Below are positions 10,001-20,800 of a stretch of DNA of 23,542 bases, in pieces. This stretch comes from Vitrella brassicaformis CCMP3155 (lineage: Eukaryota; Protista; Chromerida). Position 1 is the stretch's first letter. Every line of letters starts with the position of its first letter. The notes under the pieces were generated by a model, which saw only the letters and a program-made list of their open reading frames with translations, made no database searches and had not been told where the DNA came from. A program made the position numbers and the translations under genes. The stretch spans positions 1 through 23,542 of the forward strand of contig CDMY01000758.1 in NCBI GenBank assembly GCA_001179505.1. Direction: 5' to 3'.

Positions 10001-12614
10001 CCCATCCCCCCCGGCCATGGGTAGGGGGGGGGTCTGCCTTGGAAGATGTCGATGTCCGTGTAGTTGGGGTAGGGCTCGATAAAACCGATTCCGGAATAAG
10101 TGGCCGCCAGACCTCCATCGTAAAAGATGCCTGACCAACACACACACGACCCAAACAAAGAGACAGCCATCACATGTGCACTTTGCTCCATCGACAGGGC
10201 TGACACCTACCGTCTAATGCCGTGCAGTCGGTTGCGTTCCTGATGGTGCGGTTGCAGGCTCCGTCCTTCTCGCACCCACCTGGAAGCAAATATGCGCGGC
10301 CCCACCGACCACACACCCACTAACCCACTCACTCACTCACTCACTCATTCACATGTGTGCGACCTGGCACTCACCATACAAGTAGCAGTGCATCTGGTCA
10401 GGGAAGTCACTCGGGGTCAGTTCTTCGTTCCAGAATTTTACGAACCTGAAGACCAACCAACACACGACAAGCATAGATGGCTCGATGAGTGTGCCTGTCG
10501 ATTGTGATGCGTCACGGGCGAGAGTGGCTCACTTAGGGTAGTTGGTAGGGTCGCGGACGTCAGTTCTTTCCAGCATGCCGCCGGCGAACTGACCAATGAC
10601 GTCTGGATGCCAAAAGGGAGGGTACCCCCCATTTGTCTCATAGTCGCACAGCGGGTCGTTCGGCAGTGTTGGGTCGCAGGTCCAGTCCGCTGGAGAATTG
10701 GGGAGTCCAAGGGTCCTGCAGCCACACACATACCAGGGAAGCGAGCCGACAATCAATCTATCTGATGAGCCGACCACATGCCCTCACCCCTCTCTGTGGA
10801 CGAAGATGTCCGACGTCACGACCCGCCAGAAGTGCCCCGGACCTACGAGGCCCTTTTCGATGATCAAGGGAAAGAACACCGAATACCCCGTCGACAGGAA
10901 GAGGACAAAAATACGACTGTTGAGTGTCGCCATGGACAGGTCGATTCGGCTGCTCCTGTCGATACATTCATACATACACAAAACGCACACACACATACAA
11001 CGCGATGGCCTGGTGGCGTGAGCAGTGCCATTCTGTGTCTCATACCAGAGCAGCTTGATTGCTTCCACCTGGTCAAGGAAGCTTTTTCTGTCGTTGAAAT
11101 CTCTCTCGCTGGGCAGTCCTTGCAAGGGCTGACCACGAAACTGCATACATCAACGTAGGTCACACGCACAAGGCTTCCATGCAGCCGCCGGCCAGCAGGG
11201 TGATTTGATGGTTGGGCGGATTTGTCACCTCAAGCTCATCGCCATATGCTTCCTTGACACACCGTTCGTAACGCTCGAAATGGCTCTGACCTGCGTGTAG
11301 GCAGCGCAAATGAGGCAAGCCACAATCTCAGCTTCCTGCTACCCACTGCCCCTCTGTGGCGGGTGACCTTGACATACCAAGGACATTGTCGGAGTAGAAA
11401 AAGGTCATCCGCCTGATTGTGAAATTCTTGACAATTTCCAAATCCGCGTTGCACAGTTCGCCTCCGTGCAAAGTCCTGCACACAGGTGCAGCCATAGCGC
11501 ATAGTGTTGTCTAGGCAAGAGATGCAATTTCTCTGTCTCTCTTTCTCTCTGTGTCTGTCTGTCTGTCTGTCTGTCTGGGTCTCCTCAACTGCCGTGAGGT
11601 GTGTGTGCGTACTGTACGTACGTACGTACCTGAACATGTACTGATAGAAGGCACGCCTCGACAGATCGGGGTCGCCCGAAAGGTCGGATATCTGGACCGT
11701 CTTGAATGTAGTGCCTGCCCGTTGATTGCCGTACAACACGAGAAGCCGAACATGACAATCACGGCTGTTCGGAGGCTCCTTCCTGTCTGTTGTCGTCCTA
11801 GTGTGTCAATGTGTGTGTGACGTATATGTGTCCGTACCAAGCGAAGCAATGGCTTTTGTGGAGGCGGAGATGTGACAACATATCAACGCATTCACTAACG
11901 CGTGTGCCACACAACATAGTGCATGAGACACACAGAGACACATCCAAAGATGCGTGGCCGTTGGTGCGTGGCTGGTGCCGGGGCTCCGTTTCTTGTCCCC
12001 TTTTTTGACCCCGTCTGTACCTGGTTCTCTCGTTCCTGCACATGGTCTCATCAGACCTGCAGCACGCAGCACTCTTGTGTGGCCCGCCTCATGTCTATGT
12101 CTCCATCGCCAAGCTGTGTCCGTTTTCAGCTTTCTCAGTGTTCCCGTGAAGGCACCTACCTTGTGCCCATTCAACAGTCCGCGCCTGAAGCCAACCAATT
12201 GACAAACCGATCAAGCAATCCATGTCGTCCGACGTACCGGACGGTGCTCCAGTGAGTGTGTGTGAGTCACTTACCTGGTTTTCGATGGTGTCGAGTATGT
12301 CTAATGAGATGTTAAAGTCCCTCTTGTCCGCCAGCGGCACCGGCAGCAGATCCGTATAGTTCTTCTCCCACACTAGTTTGGCTACCCAAGCCTGAATAGG
12401 AAAGATCCACGCGAACGACCCAAACCTGTAGACAACACGCGGCAACATCCAAGGAACCACTCATGCATGTAAGCGGCCCTCAGAAGGAGGCTTTTAGAAC
12501 GTATTCTGACCTGAAGTCTCCAGCGTATCCAAGCTCAAGCGTGCCGTCCACCTGCGCCGCAGACGGCACGACTCCAACGAAGAGGACAAACAGGAACGAT
12601 AAGCGGAAAACCAT
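4016..12614 (-). CDS. Receptor-like membrane protein: signal peptide + Venus-flytrap (ANF_receptor/periplasmic-binding type 1) + GCC2/GCC3 Cys-rich repeats + about 9 TM helices + acidic tail; many short exons
   Basis: ATG 12614, MVFRLSFLFVLFVGVVPSAAQ signal peptide. Exons 12614-12511 and 12425-12275 join in phase. VFT motifs: NISLDILDT, VNALICCHISASTKAIASL, QISDLSGDPDLSRRAFYQYMFRT, RRMTFFYSDNVLG, RIFVLF..GLVGPGHFW, AFDAMMALL, GIGGNVSFDPSTGNR. Cys repeats: CPAGQY..CRQCPAGHFQ, CIPCLLGTYN..CTPCARGMY, CLNCPKGTYQNDTGQ. TM motifs: RFRFLFFRFRPDVYWWG, WPWLSNENNFLD. Last exon 4121-4016 (RMDSGDIDFEDADD...TSR*) is preferred but not certain. Confidence 0.88.
5350..7930 (-). other. Multi-pass TM region of the receptor gene (about 9 hydrophobic segments, with a large acidic loop at about 6700-7050)
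   Basis: Hydrophobic segments: LGPFVITLILLYILAIVFHIFV; IAVTLNISLTLGMLINFMQNLSIVG; LVPIVIIFIFFSLWGICAML; SLGMAVQILYISFVNNACAAF; FLPVGILVMLFYVFGVYALFAYVSIV; WGAILLARNGLLATVT; ALITIFIIIVSLSLQIFYW; LDVSLLLALCVMCVSG; FIGTLLGTVFISFALVIVSIVLPIV. Confidence 0.75.
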
Positions 12615-12621
12615 TCGTATT

Positions 12622-15600
12622 ATGGAAGAGAAACGAAGGAAGAAACGGTGCGAGAGCGTGCGAGCTACGACCCCCTCCAGCCCCCACGTCTCTCTTTGCG
12701 ATCGTTTGCCTGGGCAGCAGCCACCAGCTCACCGTCGACCACGCGCTCCTCAAGCAGAACATCACAGCGGGGCAGAAGACACCCGTCTGTGACACCCGTC
12801 ACCATCGGAGTGACCAACGATGGCGCCACCGAGGCCACCCTCGATATCTCTCTCAAGGGTGGAATGCGCCCCTATTTCGGCCCAGAGATACCATCTGGAC
12901 GGCGGAGGACTACGACAGCTATTGGAGCTGGTGGTATGCCTCGAACGAAAGCGACAAGCGCGTCTGGTCCGAGGACAAAGGTCGGGAGGGCTGGGCAAGA
13001 GATCTAGAGATCTGTGTCGACAATGCACACGGGACAGAGATCTGACACGTCACCCGTCCTGCTGTGCGTGCTGCAGAGGCGTGGCTGCCCAGTGGTGGAC
13101 AGGTCCACAGCTTCGGGTTTCGCGAGAGTCCGGGCCTCTTCTCACCCGGACCCCGTGGTACTACGAAGGGTAAGCCGCGATCATGTATCAAATGCCTCAC
13201 ATCCAGCGAGCGGGTCGAATCTGTCGATTTCCTTACGCGCGCAGAGGCGCCATTTCAGGCCACGAGCGTCGGAATCCCCTACAGTACTGCGCACGCATAC
13301 ACGCGGAAGACAGGCCGTGGGTGGACTCGCTTTCTTGTATGTGATTGTGTTGGTTAGCGGCCATCCGGGTATCCAACGGTCATGGTACGCTGCATGACAG
13401 AGAGGGTTGCATCCAGGTGCAAGTTGCTTGCATCCCTTGCCTTGGTCTCCTTCAGGGGCTACGTTGGCATTGCCCGCTGGAATCCCGACTGCGGCTGGAC
13501 CGGCATTGCTAGAGCAGAGGAAAACCGGACCATGGAAGGTGGGTGGGCCGATTGAAAGACGGCGAGCCCGGCCATGCAATCACAACACCTGCTCTCTGTG
13601 TCCGTGCTCTGCTCTCTTTCAGACATCTGCCGCTGGAACCCTGGCTGGTAACCTGTGACATGTTGCATCAAATAAGAACGAGGGTCGAGGGCGTCTCGAT
13701 TGTCCTTCAGGGGATGGGTCGGCATTGCGCGAGGGTATGGCCCCCACGAATACACTGGATTCGGGTGACGGACGCGCACCGCACAGATACACACGTACAT
13801 ACATATGCAATGAATGGATTGGCCTCGTCTTGTGCACGGCCTGGTTCAGGTGGGTTGGCAACGGCCGCTGGTCATGGGTGAGTGCACTGAAGAACGAGAG
13901 GAGTGCGCCATTAGGGCAGGTTTCACGGATGCGCCATTATGGATGGGTGGGTTGCCAAGGGGCGCTGGTGAGTCCTGCCTACCATGGCTGGTGAGCCAAT
14001 CCAGAAAAGAAAAGGAGAGAAGGCTTGTCGCTGCTTTGCCCATTTTCCGGCCGCCTGTCTGTCCGGCGGCATATGAATGGACCAGGGGGTGGTTCGGCAT
14101 TGCGAGATGGCACCCTGCTGCCTGCGGTTGGGGATGGACGGGCATTGCCGGCTGGCTCGACAGCTACTTCGGGGTTCTGGGGCACGTGGGCCTAGGCCGC
14201 TGGAACCACTTTATTTCCATCGTAACCAACCTGCCTGCTATCACTTGATGCCCCGCCATCACATTTCTGTGTGTGTGTGTGTATGCAGGGCGTCGCCGGT
14301 GGGGCTGGATGTCGCCCGGTTATTCAGCGGTGGGGCTGGGCGCCCCCCGGCATTCAGCGGTGGGGCTGGATGTCCCCGGGCTTTCAGCGGTGGGGATGGG
14401 GGCCGCCCGGTATTCAGCGCATCTGAATGCCCGCTGGCATCCATCAGTGGGCATCCATCGCACCTGGGGATGGACGTCTCCTGGCATCCAGCGCAGCTTC
14501 TGGGGCTCTCCCGGCCTGCAGCGGTGGAGTGACTGGGGCCCCCAGCGCTGGATGCCTGGGAGCCCCAGCGCTGTATGCCACCGGACATCCATCGGGAGAA
14601 GCCGGGAGGCAGCAGCATGCCGTCCTCGCCAGCGTCGGTCCACCGCTGAATGCCGGGTGACATCCACCGCTGAATGCCACCGGACATCCAGCGGGATATG
14701 CCGGGGGCCCCCCAGTCACCCCAGGAGCGTTGGATGCCTCCAGAGTCCCCAGGCATTCAGCGCTGGGGCTCCCCAGGCATCCAGCGGTGCGTCTCGTGTG
14801 GCCTGTTTTACCAGGAAGAGGCCGCTGTATCGGCCCGGCGTCTGGAGGCTGCTCCAGCTCCCCAACCCACCGACGGTGGGTCCTACAGCCGACCCCCACA
14901 ATGGAAATGTCCCCAACGGCCAGCACCTGGAAGGACGTCTCCTGGAAAATCGTGCCTATCGGATACTGCAGGTAAAGAAAAGGCCCAGCGACTAGCCAAC
15001 CAAGGTATCAATCCAGATAGATCGACGATGGAAAAGTGCGTGTGTCTTGTGTGGCAGCTACACCTTCTGCTCATGGGGCGCCATGCGGCTTCGAGTTCGC
15101 ATCCAACTATTGCGGCGCCCGCTTCTGAGCCGTCTACGAGGGGCACGCAGAAACTTTCGGATTCTTCAAGTAGGACACTCTGCAACCATCATGGATGATG
15201 GATTCTCACCTCGTCCTAACTGGCGCCCCAACTTCCACGACTGTGCCATCGGTGAGCTCCCTGCCTCAGCACACCTCTCCAACTTCGACCTCAGTCTTTT
15301 CGAAACATCCGCGTGGCGCAAGAGGTCAGTTAACCACCCGGACAGCCAGCGTGCTACAGGAGTGCAGCATGGTTGCGTGTTGTGTCTGTGTGTTAGTGAG
15401 GTGACTCCTCGTGACCTGGGTATGAAGGCAGGTACGACGTGGGAGTCGTTGGTGGGTACGGCCAAAGACCACGTGCTGCACAAGTGGAACATGGTCCTGC
15501 TCTGATCATTCGACACCACTGCTATCAACGCCGCCAGCCCCAACTTCTACTGGAAGAACATCACACCCCCACCGGTAGGTGTGCATGGAACATCAGTCAA

Positions 15601-16684
15601 TCACCAGCCAGAGGTGTCTCACTCTCTGCCTCCCCTCTCGCTGGTTTTGGTTGTGCGGGCTCGTCAGCTCAAGGCCAAGCAGGGTGGTGGTGGCTCCCGT
15701 CGGCTGGCGTATGTAGACTTCCCCTCTAGCACCCTTTTCCGAGTGTTGGGCGACTGGAACTATACGGAGACAAAGGCCAATGAATACCTCATCCGTTCGG
15801 TCAAAGTTGACGACGACAACAAGATACTCGCCGTCACATTGGACACGGTCAGCAAGCCGGCAAGCCAAAGGGGAGCGGGCGGGACAAACACGTGAACACA
15901 GAACTCTTCAAGTAACAGACCCAACCACCATGGCCAGCCCCATGTGAATCTGTGTGTTTGTATATCTTTGTTATGCCTCGGTGTCATTGCTGTCCATCCA
16001 CCGACCCATGGATCGATCAGTGCGGAGATATCGATGCTGTACAGCCTGGCACGGTACCCTGGCTGCCCATGCCGCTGCCACTCTTTCTCACTGCCGATGA
16101 CTTTGCCAAGCTGTCGAGTGCACACGCTGCCATCGAGGCCGACATCCAGGAGTCACTCGACCTCAGCAACGTCACCAACGCCACACAAACCGCCAGACGA
16201 GCACTCCAGGCCAAAGAAGACACGTCAGCAAGACATTCGTGCCGTGCATCCCGACCTGTGTGCGTGTCGTTGGATTGCTTGCTTCAGCACGTCTGCGGAT
16301 GAGGCCGACCTGCCCGGTGGCAAGGGCGGCAAGTCGGGGCGGGAGCTGAGTGGCACTCCCCCCAGCGGCAGCACCACCGTTGTGGGGCTGCCTCCCCGCA
16401 TCCTGGTCGTCTACCACAACGCTACCCCTGCAGAGGCAGGACGCAGACGACTCAGCGGGCTCACAGACATCGCCGACAAACTCGGAGACGGTACCTATGC
16501 ACCTATGTGGATGTGCACGAAAGGCAGACAGCCAGGCAGGGCCAGGCAGGCGTGGACAAGAGTCAACATCTGCATTGCTTTCTCGCTCCCCGAGTCATAT
16601 GCCTCGCAGGATATCGATTGGAGAGCTCGTCGGCATTGTTTCTGTTCACAAGGTGGAGATGAAGCCTACACAACCGTGCGCTAG
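12622..16684 (+). pseudogene. Degenerate spliced gene for a Trp/Gly/Pro-rich repeat protein (GIARW/GIQRW repeats) with C-terminal RRALQ/RRRLS motifs
   Basis: Plus-strand AG/GT exon chain joining in phase: SGHPGIQRSW|GYVGIARWNPDCGWTGIAR..|DICRWNPGW|GWVGIARGYG..; later ..NFYWKNITPPP|LKAKQ..LAVTLDT|CGDIDAVQ..RRALQAKEDT|TSADE..GRRRLSGLTDIADKLGD. Disruptions: frameshifts at about 12790, 12886 and 14320 and in-frame TGA at 15503-15505. Start and stop are tentative; family not recognised. Confidence 0.55.
14294..14790. repeat. Minisatellite of 30-nt units plus degenerate, mixed-orientation GIQRW-coding repeats
   Basis: Units start at 14294 (31 nt), 14325, 14355, 14385 and 14415 (cagcggtggggctggatgtccccgggcttt type = QRWGWMSPGF). 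The minus-strand ORF 14259-14756 also reads GIQRWMSPGIQRW. Confidence 0.9.
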
Positions 16685-17056
16685 TATGGGCTGTCAAGAT
16701 GCAGCTGCAGCAGGAGAAGGGCCTCCTCGCCACAAAACAAACAGTCATTCATTCATCAGTCGACCAATATGGAGGACAACCGCACACTGGCTCATTACAA
16801 TGTCCAGGAGGACGCGACTCTGCACTTGGATTTTCCGTGAGGACACAAACAAGTCGTCCACTCATATTGTGCCCGAGTGCCCTTTCTGTCTTTACTGTAT
16901 GGCTTGCAGTGTGCTCACCAGTGGCCGTTACGGTTTCGGGGCGAGCATCGGTGTGTCGGCCGAGGAGCTGTCAATGCTGACAGAAATGGATGGAAGTAAT
17001 GCGGCGCTGGTCGAAGCCTGGCATGGCAAAGAGCACATGCTCCAGTGGTCGGCGAG
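16610..17056 (+). pseudogene. Frameshifted ubiquitin-like domain plus a following exon
   Basis: Three collinear pieces in different frames: ISIGELVGIVSVHKVEMKPTQ / VKMQLQQEKGLLATKQTVIH / MEDNRTLAHYNVQEDATLHL (16769 onward). They align with ubiquitin ([20 protein letters not shown]). Donor cc|gtgagg joins in phase to ag|tVLTSGRYGFG..WSAR|gtgac. Confidence 0.65.
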
Positions 17057-17284
17057 GTGACAGAGGCCTTTAAGAGCATGGCCACCATACTCACAACATC
17101 CTGCTCACCAAGCTCCGCAAGATCTGACCACACGAGACACAATATAGAAAGACAATGAGACAAGGCTCTCAATGTTGTATCGATGCATGTATGCAGGCTG
17201 GTCACTGTAGTAGATCCTTACACATAGCAATAGAAAGAGCACGTAGACATAGTAAAAGGAACACGTAACGACAAAGACACGTAG

Positions 17285-17365
17285 CGTTCGAGACCACGAC
17301 AAACACTTGTATATTAAGCATGTACGTTCGAGACCACGACAAACACTTGTATATTAAGCATGTAC
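17285..17365. repeat. Perfect 40-bp tandem duplication
   Basis: cgttcgagaccacgacaaacacttgtatattaagcatgta x2 (17285-17324 and 17325-17364). Confidence 0.95.
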
Positions 17366-17870
17366 TCAAAACACTGCAAGTATGAAAGACTGACAAGGGG
17401 GGGGGAAGACACAGTGCTGACTTGTGTTTCATCCTGTGCACCTCAGCGAGCTCACCGAAGCTCGCCGTCTCTTCGTTATGCTTTAATAAGCGTTGCTCGT
17501 TTGTTTCCCTTTCCTTGCTTGCAGTGTCTTTGTTGAGGCTCGAACGAGCGCCGTTGTCCATTGAAATCTTTCTAGACGTCCATTGAAACACAATCGGCAA
17601 CGTGCCATAAAATCAGACATGGTTACAGTGTTTATTCGACAGACACCCGGCCACTACAAATCATTTCGATGTATTGCAGACCGTCAGACTCTGCCTGCCG
17701 TTGCGCTATGCATTCAATGCTTTCCATCGTAGACTCGCTCGATTCATATCCCTTTTACGCTCGCGCAGGGCTGACTGTGTGTCTAAGGCCGTGCACAGGG
17801 GGCCGTTACCGGACAGACTGCCTTTCGTCCAGCTTTGACTTAATGGACGTGTGAGCGACTCTGAAGCACG

Positions 17871-20800
17871 TCAACAAATGGATCTCGATATGTCGTTTTG
17901 CAGTATCACAAGCTTGTAGCAAAATCGTGCGGATAAGGTCCATATCCGGCTGTTCTACGAAGTTCTCAGTAATGTCTCCATTCCTATTTATTTATTGCCT
18001 ATTGCTTGCATACCCTTAGCTCCCACCCACGGCACGTGTCGAGGAAAGACGAAGGAAGTCAAAACACAAACTCACGCGAAAAAACCAAAAGCAGGGCAGC
18101 GGGCAACCACGCATATTCGTGCGCTTCTAGACTCGTTACCAGACCATGTCCTTACCATAGCACCTTCCTACAGGACACTCTGAAAATGGCAAAACAGGCA
18201 ACTTTGTACAAACGGCTGGGTCCTGACAGACGAGATTGAGAGCACGGACGCCAGAGTAGCTCGTCGAATACCGCCAGGCGCGGAGACTGTTCCCAGTGTC
18301 GGGACAAACCTTGTTGGTTTCCCTGACAATCAGGATCCACGACACAGGCAGTAAGGGGTAAGGTAACGTGAGTGGAGTGCATGTGTGACAGTAGAGATGC
18401 ATCGTTATGTTTGTGTAGGGAGTGTTTAATGCACTTGCTTTCTTTTATCTGACTGACTGATCACTCACCCCTTGGAGGCTGAGACGTCAATCGAACGTGG
18501 AGACGCATAGAAGATCAAATATTTGGATCCCGGAAGCCTCTGGCAGGATGAAACGATATCTGCCCGGTCGAAGTCGTACTGAAAGACCTGCTCAGTGTTT
18601 TCTACCCAACGACTCGGATCTCCGTAGCTGGTTCCGCATACTCTGGGTACTACGAATTCCTGAAAAAGGAGAGAAATACAAATACATCCGAATGCATCCG
18701 ATATCCAGCACCCCTCCATGCCCTACCTGGCAACAGCTTCCCTCCGCCCAACATCCATTGTTGAAGACGATTATGTTGCGGGTTGGCGACACGTCATATC
18801 TCGCCTCCTTGATGGCACCCAGCAAAGTTGAACTGAAGCGAATGTCATTGAAGCTCCACTTGGCACTGTGGCTGCTGTAGAGGACGCGATTAGCGTCAAA
18901 CGGGTCCGCGCGATAGTTGAAGGGACGGCCATAACGGAACAGAAAATCGCCTTTGGCCGTCGCTGCCTCGGCGGTGCTGATGGAGTGGTCGATTATGTAG
19001 ATTTCGCTTGTGTGACTGATGAGACAGAACATAAGAGCAGTAAAAGGACAGCATAGAAGAGACAAAGCGTGACGCTCTCACCGGGACGATATCATGATCT
19101 GGTCCAGCTCCTCGTTGTAGTCGAGTGAGTTCCAGTGAAGCCAGTCCACTGAAACTGAAAAGCTTATGTCCCTCGCTGTCACGGGCGGGATGTTGACATC
19201 GAGTCTGTAGTAGTAGTCGTCTGGATGGTCGCAGTAAGGAACTGACATAACCAACAGCAGCAGGCACAGCATCCATTTCTCTATGTCCATGAATGTGTGT
19301 GGGGGGTGTTTTACGTGTGTGTGCGTGTGTGTGGTGTACCGTAATTGTCCTTTGTCCTATCGAAGTCCTGGACCACAAGAGCGATACAGAGACAAAGGGG
19401 GAAGCCACACACTTACCTGGATAAGGTGGTCCCACATTCTCCAACCTGCCAGTGCACGACAGAATTTAATGATGGCAGACAGCATGATTTACACATGTCG
19501 TGCATCATATACTTACGCCACACTTCCTTTGCGGAGTTCTTGCCGACCGGCGTGACCTCAACGATCTCCTCCGTCAGCAGATACCCCGACTTGTTTTGGT
19601 TGTCTGGTATGTCTCGTGCAGGATCGCGGCCGGCCTGAATGGCCTCAGCGTAGTCCTTGACGACCCACAGGAGGTACAAGATGTTGCCGTTCGGCAGCCC
19701 AATTGTCTCGTGGTGCTGAATGGCAATGCGTCCTCTCTCGAATTTCGTGGTGTTAAAGTCCCACACGACCTGAGCCATGTACACGCATCCCTCACTCACT
19801 CAAATCATCCATCGATACATCTTGCGTACGGTGCTGTCTTGATCGATGAGCTGGAGAATCCCAGCGCGTCCGCCGTACGGAAACCACGGATCAGCGCGGA
19901 GCCCGGGTCTAGTTGGATCACTCGCACTTCGGAGGGCCAAACCATTCCTCAAAATGGAGGTCGCACCTGCCGCGGTGCCTCCGCTTTTCGTATCAGTGAT
20001 GTTGTACGTCTTGGCGATGCACAAATTCGAGTCATAGAGATATGCGACATTGACGCCATTGGGCGCCCACAGGGTCAGCTGGTCCATATGTCTCCCTCGC
20101 ATCTTGTCTAGAGGTCTGGTGTTCTCGAGGACCGATAGTACTGAAACCCACACAGTCAGCCATTTCATGTGTGCCAGTCCCATGACATATGCGGTCATCT
20201 CTGTGCATGACTGACCACCTGATGATGTGTTGGAGGTGAGGTTGCCCTGATGCACGGAAGTATCCACGTCATCTGTGCCATCGGCACGCGACGAAGTCAC
20301 GTGTCGGCGCCTCGGCGCGTGCCGGCGGACGGTGTTGCCTTGGGATACGGGCCCGGCCGAGGCGGAGCCTATGAGAAGGGCGACGAGAACCACCAGAATG
20401 GCAATCAGTGGCGTCACGACAAGAAGCTGGCCCCGCACCGACAACACACGAAACAGACCACGGAAGGGACACAGAGATGTGTGTGACGAAGGTGGTGCAC
20501 CACTGAGTGCTTTCACCTGCAGCAGCGGTGCCGATGACTTGTACGGATCCTGGTGCTGCCTTGGGACGAGATCTTCTGTGAGGAGGGAGCCGATAGCCGA
20601 TTTTTTTGGTAAATGTCTCTCTGGGAATCTGTCGGGGCGAGTCGTCCCGTCAAACCGAGACGAGGACAGCCGAGCCCGGACTGACACGCTGCCCCGAATG
20701 CACTTCGTCGTGTCTCCTTCATGCCACGTCCCCCTTTCCCCCCCTCCCGGCGTATCGCTACCGCTGGCTCTGTGTCTTCCTCTTCTGGCAGGTTCCCGCT

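Noticed and set aside
2782-14960. ERNAYRILD (2782-2837, minus) versus ENRAYRILQ (about 14935-14960, plus)
   Set aside because: The match is too short, and codon usage favours a different frame (WKDVSWKIVPIGYC) at the second site.
17240-17365. 40-bp direct repeats as a CRISPR array
   Set aside because: Only two abutting copies, no spacer, no cas genes, and a eukaryotic intron-rich context.
17442-17561. Possible first exon MDNGARSS...FGELAE| on the minus strand
   Set aside because: It has an ATG and a donor, but no convincing downstream exon chain or family signal.
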